Shown here: piece after piece, positions 12,470-25,172 of the stretch | Position numbering within the stretch: the stretch's first letter is position 1 | Layout of the letters: every line of letters starts with the position of its first letter | Source of the DNA: Blasia pusilla | Taxonomy: Eukaryota | Assembly: GCA_050084515.1 (NCBI GenBank) | Contig: CM114271.1 | Location: 2,914,001 to 2,978,000 of the forward strand | Direction: 5' to 3' | DNA: 64,000 bases | Made by a program: the position numbers and the translations under genes | The notes under the pieces: generated by a model | Databases searched by the model: none | Told to the model about the DNA's origin: nothing | The model's input: the letters and a program-made list of their open reading frames with translations, nothing else

Positions 12470-14246
12470 ATATCCTAAATACTGAGAAATCATGACTATT
12501 CCACACTATCAGAGCGTTACAGTGTGGATTGGTAATGCTCATCGGCCTACCTCGTTCTGGTGAGACATTCTTTAGTCACTTCATGTAAAAGTACTGGTCA
12601 CTGAACTCCATTCCTACATTGTTAACGACAATGATTGGTAGCACCATTGTCAAGCTCCATTAGAGAGCAATTACTATCCATTCGATGTTTGCAAGGTTGC
12701 ACAGAAACGGACAAGTCCATCCATGGGAAAGAGATGTCCTCAGACATACCTACCCGCACCCGAGCCCTCCCTAGAGCCCGCCACATGGACCCGAGCTGAC
12801 AGAGCCCGCATCTGTTGCGTGCTCCGCATGGCGGGCTCAAAGAGGGTAGGCATGGACTCATGGCGGGCTAGAGCGGGCACGGTGCAGGCTTGGGGCGGGC
12901 TCTATTGGGCTTAGGCGGGCAAGCGCGGGCTGGGGATGGCAGGTGCGAGATAGGGCGAGCTCTAGGCACGCACAATTTGGTCCTCAAATCTGAGCCCGTG
13001 CCCAACCCGTCCTGAGCCCGCGTAAGCCCATCCCCTGCCCGCCATGTGGGCCACGTAATGGGCGTGGGCTCCGTCAGCCTAGGTCTAGGAGGCGGGCTCC
13101 GATACGGGCCACCGGTACCTAGGTCAGTTCGTCCATAGGACAGATATAAGTCTACCAACATGGACATGTCCTTATGCAATCTTGTACATTTGCTATACCT
13201 ATGAAGGGGAACCTTCTCTCAATGCATACTACGTCTGATCAATATTGTCATCTTAGAGACGCTCAAGCTATAATGATAGACAAATGCTCAATGCTAACAC
13301 CTCGATTGCTATAGATAATTGGGACGAGGATACATCAAGTAAGTCCATCTTCAAAATTAAATCTCTTTTCAAGGAAACTTATTATACTTTTATGTGACAT
13401 GTGTCAATTACCACCAGCGTGTCAGCACGTACAAAATGGTTCCAATGTGTCTTGTTTGTCACATCTCTTCCTCTCAATTTTACAAAACTATGCGCAAGTT
13501 TGAGTTAAGCGCTCTTATGAGGCATAGTGAGGACCATGGATTCCTGACATTCCTCTCACAGTTGAGAGTTAGAATGCCCACACAAGACCACATAAAAACA
13601 ATTATGGGGGATTGTTTTGTTGAGGAGGATGTTGGCATAGACTTTATACAAGAAGATACCCAAATCATATGCTCCCATTGTGTTGATGTCTAGCCCTAAA
13701 ATGTTGTTGCACTTCAAAGATTGTATGATTTAATTAACATCTTCCCTGTGATTTTTTCTACCGAAGACCTTGCTAGTTTACAGCTTAATGAATGGATATC
13801 TGACCCTAGTTTTCACCAGCTTGAATTTGCTGCAATTAGTTGCAAAGTGCTGCTCGATCACTTCCAACATTGATCTAAAAAGCCAACGGTTCATCAGCAA
13901 CAATTATAGATTGTATCTATAAAGGTAATGAGATAGTTACTATCATTGTCATGTTGCACTTAAATAGCAAGCTATTTGGGTTAGTAGAACCAACTTTGCC
14001 ACCCTATGGCATGGTCCAAATAAGAACTACCATAAGCAGACATTCCCGCTTGTTCTAGGGTATGCCTTAATTGGACATAAGAGCCAAGGTCTAACTATGA
14101 CAAGAAAGTGTCTCCTAGTCATAAAGGTTGCTTTTGTGCCGTGTCTTGTGTATGTTATGTTGTCTAGAGTCAAGACTAGGGCACAATTGCGCATCATTGG
14201 TTTGTTAGATCCTACAGATTTCCATGTATTTGGCCAAGAAAAATAA
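12470..14246 (+). pseudogene. PIF1-family SF1B helicase remnant, probably Helitron-derived, interrupted by a MITE
   Basis: Walker A-like LIGLPRSGETFF, TIHSMF|AIP (split by the MITE), IMIDKCSML, CDMCQLPP, FELSALMRHSED..FLTFLSQLR and FPLVLGYALIGHKSQGLT...YVMLSRV. Multiple stops and frameshifts. Confidence 0.8.
12692..13184. mobile_element. GC-rich non-autonomous hAT-type element (MITE)
   Basis: Imperfect TIRs CAAGGTTGCA...TGCAATCTTG; degenerate 8-bp TSD GATGTTTG/TACATTTG; internal GAGCCC/GGGCTC motifs. Removing it restores the helicase frame IHS(M/T)FAIP. Confidence 0.8.
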
Positions 14247-17200
14247 CCACGTCAGTATCTTCAGTACTTGTGACTAATCTTGACTCTTTGTAAATAGTAT
14301 GGCAACTAGTGAAGGGTCATCCAAAGGCCGCAAAAGGAGACACTCTACCTCAAATGCACCCCGCCACACTTGGCTACATCTATATCTCCCTTCCACTAGC
14401 ACAGTCGAGCACCATTTTTCTGAGCGAAAGCAGCCCAGACGATTACTGCCATACAACCACGACTGCGCGCCACCTTGGTCAGATTCTTGAAAAATTCAGA
14501 AAACTACTGAGGTCTGTATAGGAGTTATACCAACAAACTTCTCACATACTGCTCTCTACATAACTCAAAGACACCACTCATCAACCTAGCAATCCACCAC
14601 ATATATGCTCTCATAATTGCCCAATGAACTTACCCTTTCCACGCCCACAAGTAACAGTCCTAACAGTGTCACTATGAAGTAACCAAATTGTACGTGGATT
14701 TTTTCAAAATGATTCCAGATGACATGCTTGAGCTACTCGACGAAGCTCATTTTCCGGTTATTCCACCAACAGACCCTCAACTAAAATATGCAAAGAATTT
14801 AGGCCTTGATCACTCCCATTGGCATGACGATATCTCGAGCCATCGGATGAGCCAATTGATTGATCAGAGGAAGCTATGGGCAGCTTCATTTCGGGAGTTG
14901 AGGAAGTAGCCACCTGCAACAGGTAATTGTTTTTAATAGGGTTATGGTACAATCAGATTGGTCATGCATTCAGTTTTCGTTGCTAGCTACATCTAACTTA
15001 ATCTGATACATGTGTCTGGTACATTTCCCTAAGGTACAGGGATCCATAAGGAAGTCATAATGCACAAAGGAATTGAATTCAATGAAGCCGAGCTAACGTG
15101 CCAACAAGCTGCAGTGCATTATGCACGACTTACACGCGAAATAAAAGCGGATCAGTTCCAAGAACTCAAAGTTATAATGAAGCTTCCTATTGGGATGATA
15201 ATCTCTTTATCCTCTACCAAAGCCACTCATTTGCTTACACGCTTGAGGAACCTTCATGAAAGTGATTCTATACAGGTGTAGAGTTGTTCGGTTGTCGTAT
15301 TCATGAGTATCTTGATTCCAACATAACTTATCTTACCATTGAGTTGCTATATATGACGTTATGAGGAACTGGTACACATGGCATTTTAGTACATGCACTA
15401 GTTTATTTAGGGTCACGAGTTATTTGTTGTCAAATGTGCCAGGCTGCCAGCACTTTGATTTTGTATTGATGTCTGTATAATCTAGCTAGTTGTTCATCTA
15501 TATATTAGTCTACCTATGCAAGTTGTTATTTGCTGTTTAGAATACAACAATGTTAATCTTATATATAGTTCAACACATGGAATCGATAAGCTTTGACGTG
15601 TGTTGGTTTCCAAAAATCTGTTTTATTCAGCTGTTTGACTTCTTCCAGTACCTTTGGTTGTGTGAAAATGTTCCACGACTCATAAGTGTGTGCGCTATTG
15701 TAAAGCAGGTAGTAAAAGCATGTTCAAATTTACATTCGAAGGTGTTTATCTACTGTGACGCAATGGTGTATTGTAATGTGTAGAGAAACAAAGCCCTAGC
15801 CAACTCTAGTAACAACAATTACTGCACACCAGTTGTAGGCGACTCAGTTCGTGATGATCGGCATCACAAAAAACAATGTTTGCAGCATAACAAATTGGGC
15901 ACGACAACCATGCTCAATCAAACATCCTCTAGTGATACTGTTCTAGCATTCTTGTTTGAGGCGGCCCTCAAAAACATTGAGGTTGTGCAGAATCAACTAG
16001 CAAATGCTGAGGCAGGCAACCAAATTTTGAGAGAAGTAATGGAGTATGCTGGCAAGGATGACAACCATCGGGTGGACAGAATCATCCGTGTTCACCAACA
16101 TCTAAAGGACATCTCTGCAAAACTCCATGTAGTCGGCCAACTATGTCTACATCAGTACCTAGATGACTATGTCTATTTCGTATTCAGAGTTGGAGTACTT
16201 GTCTGTTGACTGCCTTTTGTACATCAGTTTGTCAACATTCTCTCATAGAACGTCATTCTCAGGTTATCATTGAAATATTACTCAGGGATTTTGTTGACAA
16301 TCCACTCCCAACATGTGTAATGGATCCTACAGTTTTGTAGTTGTCATACCGGATACACTCAATGTTTCATAAATTTCTAGACTTACCAATGAACGACAAG
16401 AAACTGTTTTTTTCAGTGATCCACAAAGAACGTACTTCTGCTTGTTCGAATTCAAGACTTATGAAGTTTTTATCCGACATTTCTCAGATGCATGTAGTGC
16501 CTCATGTCTTCAGAAAATGGAATAGTTATCGTGTTTCTGAACACTGCAGATTATCCTCTACAATGCCCAACATCAGTAGTGTGTGGTGTCCACAACAAAA
16601 ATGTTCATTGCATTCCGTAGAAAAATGCTGTGGTTTGTGATTTGGTCATTGTACTGCAATACACAAGCATTGGAATCTCCTCAATATTCTCAGTTGGTGG
16701 TTTGATGGGCATGCGTCCTCCAAAATATTTTGTGTCCATGCGTTCTCCTTCATTTTATCAGTTTATCCCGTCGGTTCTGGAATGAAACTTTGTGAATTGC
16801 TTGTATACATAACGGCAGGAAACTTTCCAGATTGCCCAGTGCAAGTATTGATTGCTTCAATACATCTCCCTACACTAATTATTTTCTTTGCAAGAGAACT
16901 GTAATACGAACATAGGACTGGGTATTGCGACCTGAATGATGTATCTCACCCTGACTTTGTGTCTTCTCATTTCAATGCCTCTAACAATGCAAACAATCTT
17001 TGAAATCACACTTCGTTTCTCAGATGTGCGCAGCACAGCATTTCCACAATCACACACGGTCTCCAAGTCTCAAGCCAATTAATCACTTTGCAATATAGTT
17101 TGAATAATAGGCTATTATTCAAACAATATTGTGAAGCTCACACCAAAAACAGTGCCCGTGAAGCAACAATGTCCGTACATCGCCGGACTAACAATATTTA

Positions 17201-17729
17201 ACAGCAGTCGGTTGAATAATAGCGCACGCACATAAGACTGAATGATAGCGCACACCAATATCTGTGATCACCAAGCAACTATGTTAACATGTGCCTACAA
17301 TTACAGTACTTCACACAACTTTTGATGAGCATTCCAACTATACCCGGTAAATTCACATTACTGATCGCATACTAGTGTGCAGTGACCATATTGCTCCGCA
17401 AGCCGACAATTATTCAGGCCTTATAGTAGAGGGCGGCATACTTGTTTCGTCGAATACAAATTGCTACGTAGCGTACGAAAGCGCTTGAATTTACAAAGTT
17501 CCACAACAGTGTTGTGGCCAGAACAGGCGAATGGATTTGCTTCAGTCACTCATGTCAAATTCACGTCAGAATGTATCTCCACAAATAAGGTCTTACACAA
17601 CGGCAAAGCATTCTCCTCCTTACTTGGGACAACTCTTTAAGAATATATGCTCCATCTCACAGCTGTACATGGTACGCGGCTCAAGGACCGAACCAACATC
17701 ACCGCTGGTCCCCTCTGCTAGAACTCGAA

Positions 17730-18534
17730 CTACACGTCCTCAAGCTCGTCAATTGCGTAATTGTTCGTGGAAATTCCAGCATAGTTGACCTTGGAGAACC
17801 GCACGACCACGGGATATCTGACTCCTGGGGTCTGAACGTCGACGTCACAACAGCGTATGAGAAATCAGATTTGACCAAAACAACAGGTCGGGGAGACAAG
17901 GAGCGCTAATATTCCATAGAGGGGGCAAAATACAGAAGGAAAACTTACCTGGTCGACGGCTACAACCTTTCCGTTTTCATTAAACCAGTAGGACTCTCGG
18001 CGCAGAATCTTGACCTGCGACAGAGCGGCAGAAGTACAACAGCAAATAATAGAACGGCATATAAGTAACACAGTGACAATCCACGAATAAACTCACATAG
18101 ATCGTTCGGTTCATTATGGACATAATTAGGACGAGTCTGAAATCGGCCTTCTCTCGTCCAAAGAAGCATGCGCATCTACTCCTCACATCCAGTCGTCGGC
18201 TGTAGGTAAGAGCACCACATATTCACTTCCTATCTCTGACATTTTTTCTCCACTTCCACAACATAATAACATTCGCGAGATGGCTCATGGCGGAGAGAAC
18301 AAAATCACTCACAGTCGCACCACGCTTGGGGCCGATCGGTTCCGGTGCAGCAATTTTCTGCTCGGCCGGTGCGGCGGGCTTGACCGTTTCTGAAGCCCTG
18401 ACCACAAAACTGGGGAAGCGATTGCCAGCCATCGGCCTACATTGGACCCTGCCGAGGCCTACCTTGTTCAAAGACCCCTGAACTGGAGCCGCCGCTGCCA
18501 CCACTCCAACGAAACTCGCAGAAATCGCTGCCAT
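17730..18534 (-). CDS. psaE: Photosystem I reaction centre subunit IV (PsaE), nuclear-encoded precursor, 129 aa; exons 18534-18313, 18014-17949, 17831-17730
   Basis: Transit peptide [10 protein letters not shown]..., then [64 protein letters not shown]. Both introns are GT-AG, phase 0. Confidence 0.97.
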
Positions 18535-19529
18535 CCCGATATGCTTTCTACGACGAAATTTCACTTCCGCATTGCCTGCGTACTGATATTCAACTTCCCA
18601 CTTCAACGCGAACTCCTTCGAGGAAAGGCTATCGGTTTTGAACGTAGTCACGGGGCAACGATCGGCTGTGGCTATGGCGGAAACAAACAAAGTAAGGACA
18701 ACGGGCAGCTGAGGCGGGGATTTCCATTGGAGGGAGCAGTGAATCGGGCAGCGGGCAGTGGGTGTCGAGGAGTGGATATGGCCGATGATGGTTGGTGCGG
18801 GCAGCTCACTGGAGAGCTCAGATTGGTCAGAAGGGTGCTGTCGGGCACCGGGCAGTAGGCGCCTTGTGTATGGAAAGCCATGGAATGGATGCACGTAATT
18901 GGCCCGAGCGGATGTCTCGCCGGAGGGATAGCATGCCATAGCCATTATCATATCCTTTGGCTTCTTATTATTTGGCGAGAGCGATTATATCTTCGCTCCT
19001 CTAATTCGTTGGTGTCCTCATTGTTGGGTAGATTTGACCCTATCTCCTCTCCTTTGACCAAGGATACATTTTAGGGCTAGACTTAGTTGTCCCCTTCAAA
19101 GCATTGAGTGGTCATATTATTGCCCCACAATTTGCTAGACAACGTTCCCAATGGGATCTCCCTCATTCCCATGTTCTTCATATGTACTTTTTCTATTCTT
19201 TGCACACTATAATCAAACTGCAAAGATGTATTTGAGGTCTTAGAAGTTCATCACACTTCAATTTTGGCACTCTTCTAGTTTATGTATGCAAGCTACTCTT
19301 TGCGTGTATGTGTGAGTGTAGGCTATGCGACAGTATGCAACATTATTAGTTACAACCCTTATATATACTCCCAATTTTTACCCCCCTGCAATACGCGGTT
19401 CCGAGCGTAGAGGCAATCGAACGCAAGATACTTTGCAGATTTTTTGACCTTTGGATATGAAGTTTTGAATGGTCGGATGGACGTGGTTGAATAGATTCCA
19501 TGTTAGCGTTAATGCTCTCATTATTCCTG

Positions 19530-19687
19530 TCACCGTGTTACTCCACATCGGAATGAGATTATTGTTTTCACCGTGTTACTCCACATCGAAATCGGATTGG
19601 AAGTGTTCTTCTAAACCTCCGGAGTCCGAATAAACATAAGGCTTTAAATTAAAAAAACTCAAACCTTTAAATTAAAAAACTCAAACC
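19530..19687. repeat. Two pairs of short direct repeats
   Basis: TCACCGTGTTACTCCACATCG at ~19530 and ~19568; CTTTAAATTAAAAAA(A)CTCAAAC tandem pair at ~19642-19686. Confidence 0.75.
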
Positions 19688-20899
19688 GGGGGCGCATACT
19701 GGTTTTTCCTCATCATCTAGCCTTTCCGCGTGTTTTCACTGGAGTTCAATAACTAATTTATCCCTCCTTCTCGGAGGCCACACACTAGTTTTTACAATCC
19801 CATGCTAATGTTTAGAAGCAAATCTTGAGATACTCGAAGTTGAAAATTAATTTTGGACTTCACTACTCAACCTTTGATTTTTTGGAATTACGTGGATATA
19901 TTAATCACGATTGGGTAGCTAATCATAATTAATGATAGTTTTCTTCAACTTTTTCTTCATTGGAGAAAAGAGTAGTGATTGGATGCCAACTTAAGATGGT
20001 CTATTCTTGGTTGAGTACCATTCTCTGGCGCCAATCCTTTCCAAGACACATGAAAAAAAATTACAAACAAAAGAAGTTCAAAGTACTTATCCTTAAGGCA
20101 TGAAAGAATCGCATTTCAAAAAATCTGGAGTGACTAATATGATGCCTATTTGATTCACTCACCCTTAGCTGTTGATGCATCCGCACCATTTTCGTGGGAG
20201 AATATTGTTGGGGTCTTCCTTTTCTTATGCAACACTTCATGAGAAATACATGTGAGTCTTTTGTTTAAGCTATGAAAAGAAACATGACTAAACCTCACTA
20301 CTATGTAGTAAACATTTGCATAAGGCACTATGAGCAAAATCTGCCCATATACTTACCTGTTTCAAGATGCATATACTTGGAACCCTTATGAATCTTAGCG
20401 GGCTCAGTAATTTGTTTTGGAAGTCTTGATTTCGGAGGATCAAGAACACCTAAAAATCTAATATATGTTAGATTCCAACACAAGATGAAAAAACTTGATA
20501 TTGAAAAACCTGCAAGCTTAAATTACTTGATATGTGGCTCTACAAAAAAAATGCTCAAGATTGCACATATCATAAGGAAGTGAACACACCATAGCATGAA
20601 AATTTTAAAGTCTAAGCTATAGATCCATATTTTGTGTACATAATAACATACCTTTGCACCTACGCTTATTTGAGTCCCACTAGCCTCAAGAGTAGGAGCA
20701 TCCAACTCCTTTGAAGCCGTAGATGTTATGCTCTCCTATTTGTATCATAACTTTAGAACAGGAAGGGATGTGTGAAGGTAACAAGAAAGCAATAATGGCA
20801 TAAATTGGCATCTAAATCTATTAGCTTGTATAAAGTGCTAAATTGTTATAAACAAAAGAAAAAGCAGCAAGACCTTTAGCATGGTATGCATGTTCTCTT

Positions 20900-21420
20900 G
20901 AAATCAAAATCATAAGTCTTGTCTCAAGTTAGATAGATGAATGCAAAAGGAAAATTGCAACCCCACAATAACCATGTGCACCACAATGACAAAAAGGATT
21001 GGTCTTCTCCACTTGTTGCCTTGCAGCCCTCATCACCTTGGCTTTTGTTTGAGCGGCATCTGACAACCAGTAATCTACCAACCGCTCCCATTGTGGAGCT
21101 CTTGCTTCGCGATGGAATTCCACAGAACACAAACTCCCTTTTTTTACCAAATAACTCTTCATGACATACCTCTCTATCTTCAACAAGGTTGCAATCTTCT
21201 TCCTCGGCAATCTGGAGATAAACTCGATGCTCCAACATACTCCCAAGACCCCTCCATTTGGTTTTGGACAGTAGCCATACTAAGAGGGCCTTGTCTATCT
21301 ATATCCACACAAGAGATGTCCAAATATCGCATGGTCCATACCTTTAAGTTTGAGAGCCACGTTTAATAACCAGGAGCATTTGTATCAATCCAACCCGTCT
21401 CCAACAACTCACACTTGGGA
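20900..21420 (-). mobile_element. Degenerate CACTA/En-Spm TnpA-like (Ptta/En/Spm transposase family) fragment; element may extend ~20100-23700
   Basis: QWERLVDYWLSDAAQTKAKVMRAARQQV...HCGAHGY matches the W..LV.YW....A.....R......H..G..GY pattern of this family. No CACTA termini identified. Confidence 0.55.
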
Positions 21421-24400
21421 AGTAGATTGCTCAAGGTCATCTCGATGCTTGATCTCTCTCTATCATAAGTCTCGCTTAATGCAACAAGATCCACTTCCAT
21501 GTTTTCCTACATGGATCATAGTCAAGAACAAAAATGCTAGGGTTCATCGAGAACATCAAATTGTAACCAATAATTGAGCCCATTTTAATTTCATTACACC
21601 ATATTTTTTTGTAAGAACCCCTTCCTAACATACATATTGCACTCAATACTAGAATAAACATACGGTTTTGAAAAGTGAAGGGCGTTACCTTGCTTTGCGT
21701 GGTTATCACTCGAAACATGAATTGAATCTCTACTAGGTGGAGTAGTACATGGCTCCTACTGGTTGTAAACTCTATGGATCTCTAAAGAAATAAAAAAGAA
21801 GGGATGTTAAATACTAACATTTGAAAACCTGTAAACTAGGTCTAATCCAATCAAGCAAAATTGAATTCACTCAACATCAAATTTTGGTTGAATTTAAAAC
21901 AACAAAAGTATCTGTACCTAAAATCAGATAGTACTTACATCATAGGGTGGGCGTTTAGAGCATTTCCCCTTGGTATATCCATGGGGACCTTGGCTGGTCT
22001 CTCGTGGATCTTTGTTATGACCAGAATTATGATATGGGTGTGAGGGGCCTTGACTATCATATATGTAGTTTGGATGCAATTGCAAGTCCCCGCTACCTCT
22101 TGGCTGATTCCCCACATTATAACTTTTCAATAGTCCAAATCCAATGTTTCTGGGATCACTTCCATGTACATAGCTTTGGATACCATAAGGATCTGATCCT
22201 TTGCATCCATATCCCAACTTGGTTGTGGAAAGTTCCCAAATATGTGTGGTTGGGATCTTTCCTCCCTTGCCCAATTTGAACTCATCTTATGGGGCAAGCC
22301 AATACCATTCAACCCAATCTCATATGGATGGGGAGTTTCTCTTCTTCGCTACCCATCACTCCATTCACTTCTTGAAGAGGTCTCATCATGGGGTGGATGA
22401 CCTTTATGTCTTGGAGAGGGTACTGATCTACCAAACCAACTATATGCTTGTGAACTCCATTGCTTCTCGTGCCATTTCTCTAGATCCACAAAAGAAGCAT
22501 GTTGCGAACCACTACGCCAAGATGTATTGCGTGCTTGTGGAGACAACATGACTGTTGGACTCTCACACCCTTGGGGTGAGGGTCGTCTAGGTGTGGAGAA
22601 GGGTTTGTAAGCTTTACCTCCCACATGCATTGGGTTTGAAGAATCCAGACTTGATGCATGTGGTGCTTTTGGACCCACTCCATGTTGCATCTAGATGATG
22701 AACACAATTGGGATATCCACAAATTGGATCAATTAGAATACTTGGTATCTTTGGATACCACAGGTGTTGTGTGGTAGCATTTGGAGCAAGGTATAAGAGT
22801 GTTAGATCTCTACGGAGATATCAACACATCGGGTATCTGTAGTGTTGCAATGTTGCGGGGATGACGACACCAATGGTGCTAGATATGTATAGTATATCAG
22901 ATCATGTCAAGTAGATATGTGTGTGCTATCTTGAGTTAGGGGAACCCAATTTCCAACTAGGGGGCGGTTGTGCGGTCTTGGTGTATATGCGTGAGTTCAT
23001 TTCGTTTATGGATGGATCGACCCATGTGTTGGGAAAAATCAAAATTGTGTATTATATAGCGATGTATATGCGCATGACAATTGTTCTTTAGCTCAAACTT
23101 GATATGACCAGAAAAGAAACATGGTTTATCCCTTATTCCACGACTTGACGAGAGAGAGAGCACCATCCTCCACAAGGAGCCCTTGGTTTTCACCCAAAAC
23201 CCAAATGTGGTTAGTGGCTTGCATACTCAAGTTTGCCTCATTAACTCCCAAAATGACTTGGAGAAGCTTCCTCGCAGATTCTAACCATCTTCACTTCCCG
23301 ACATTCAGCTTCAAACCTCCCTCCATGTTTGTTGTATCTTCTACCTAACGCCCGTCTCGACTCCTGCTAGTGGGCATCTTATGATTGTCTTTCCGCCCTT
23401 CGTATTTTTTACTAGTCTCGTGACATCTCGCCTTTCTTGACTTATACCATATATCTTCCTTGCTACTCCCTCTTGACTCCGAACTTTGCTCAAAGATCTT
23501 GCACCTTTCTTGCCTCACCTTCATCTCTATGACCAGTTATGCCCCCTTACTCCTAAGGTTCCTCTCAAGACGCGGGCCTATCTTGACGAGCATGATTCTC
23601 ATAGCAGTTTCTATCACCCTTTCTAGTCTTACAAAGAACTAGTCTACGTTTCGAATTTAGTGGGTCACATCAATGTCTCTCCGCCTTTCTCCCGTTATCA
23701 TAGATCACAAACACGCTTCTAACATGCCCACTGGCGTGGACATATAAACTTAGTTATTTGTGATGCGAAACACACCCGAGAGCTATATCCTTTCAAATAA
23801 AAAAATTTGTAATCTCTTTATTTGAGAAGAGTGGGAATCTGATCTAGATCATATTTGCACATTCCTCCATGTAGATCAGATCTCCCAAATGTAGAATGAG
23901 AAGAGTCTATCAACATCAACCCTCCTCGACTACTAATGACTCTGACATAGTAACCAGCCTGGATCATTCAGTCCTCTCTCACCAATATGCGAGCGCTTGC
24001 AGTGTGGCACCCCGTACTGTTTATGTAGAAATTTCGAAAGTCTAAACCGAAAATTCGGTGGGCAACTACCAGAGAGAAAATATGGCAGCCATTTGTTTGT
24101 CAAGCAGATGAATATGCTTCTCTACGTACTTCAGTCTGCAAGCAGCAGCTTTCCTTACTAAGTTAAATTCCTCGTTCAATTCGCACAAGCTAATTACTCC
24201 CCTGAGTAACGTGCTGCGTCCAAACAACACCTTCAGCTAGCTACAAACTATACAATGTTACGCATGAAGCAATTGATTGGAAGAATCCGCTTCTATGGAA
24301 TGCCGAGGCTTGATCCGTGCAGTTGTCGAAACTGCCATAGATCTTTAGAGCAAAATACGCTGGCCGCTACTGCATCAGAATACCAACCTCTAGCGCGTTG

Positions 24401-25172
24401 TGATCTCCAGTTATCTGCGCGGGAGGCGATCGCGCATAAGACCGATCCAACGTTGTGAACACAAATGCAAGTTTGAATATTAAGCTGCTTTTTGAACGAG
24501 AACGTTCTGACGTCGCGGACGCGTCCTGTGAAAGGGCCGTTAGAAGTGAACGTCCAGTTTTGCAGGTTGCACAATCGGAGCTCTAAAATTCGGTTTTTCT
24601 GCGACTCAGGTTACCTCCTGGGCCTCGTCTACATGATTGTATATGAAGGGAGAGCCACACCTATACTGCGTGATAGTGTGTATGCATCTCATTCCTGCTT
24701 TCGTGATTGAGTATTAGGGAATACGTACGCTTTGCTTGCTGTTTGCCGTGCAATCCGGGGCCGGGGGTTTAGATTGCTGCGCTTGGATACGGTACTGCCT
24801 ACAACAGTTTCGCAGTCTAGTATCCACAATCACATTCGTGGATTGTAGCTATTAGATCGCACATGCCTATCTTGCCAGTTTCGAATTTGAATGAGATTAG
24901 AGGGAAAATATGTAAAAATCTTTGTATTATTTGTGAATTTTGCAGCTTGAAAATTTGCTTTGCTTGAGAGTTACATCTGACAGTGTTCAGGACTACACAA
25001 GAACCTCTTTAGCGAGATCTATTTCAAATTTTTTGAACCCTCGAGGAGTCTGCATGGTTTTCAGAATATATATATATATATATCACTCGAAGCACTCAAT
25101 CCGGGGAATCCCATTCAAGCGGCTGATTGAAGGACCACAACGGAGTGTTACAGTACTAGACTGCCAGAAAAC

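Noticed and set aside
16200-17066. Cys-rich minus-strand ORF fragments
   Set aside because: Multiple stops and no identifiable domain; possibly part of the Helitron-like cargo but unsupported.
18535-18951. N-terminal extension in the 242-aa ORF 18223-18951
   Set aside because: The PsaE transit peptide begins at the ATG at 18534. The upstream part is probably promoter/5'UTR read-through and the ORF tail is intron.
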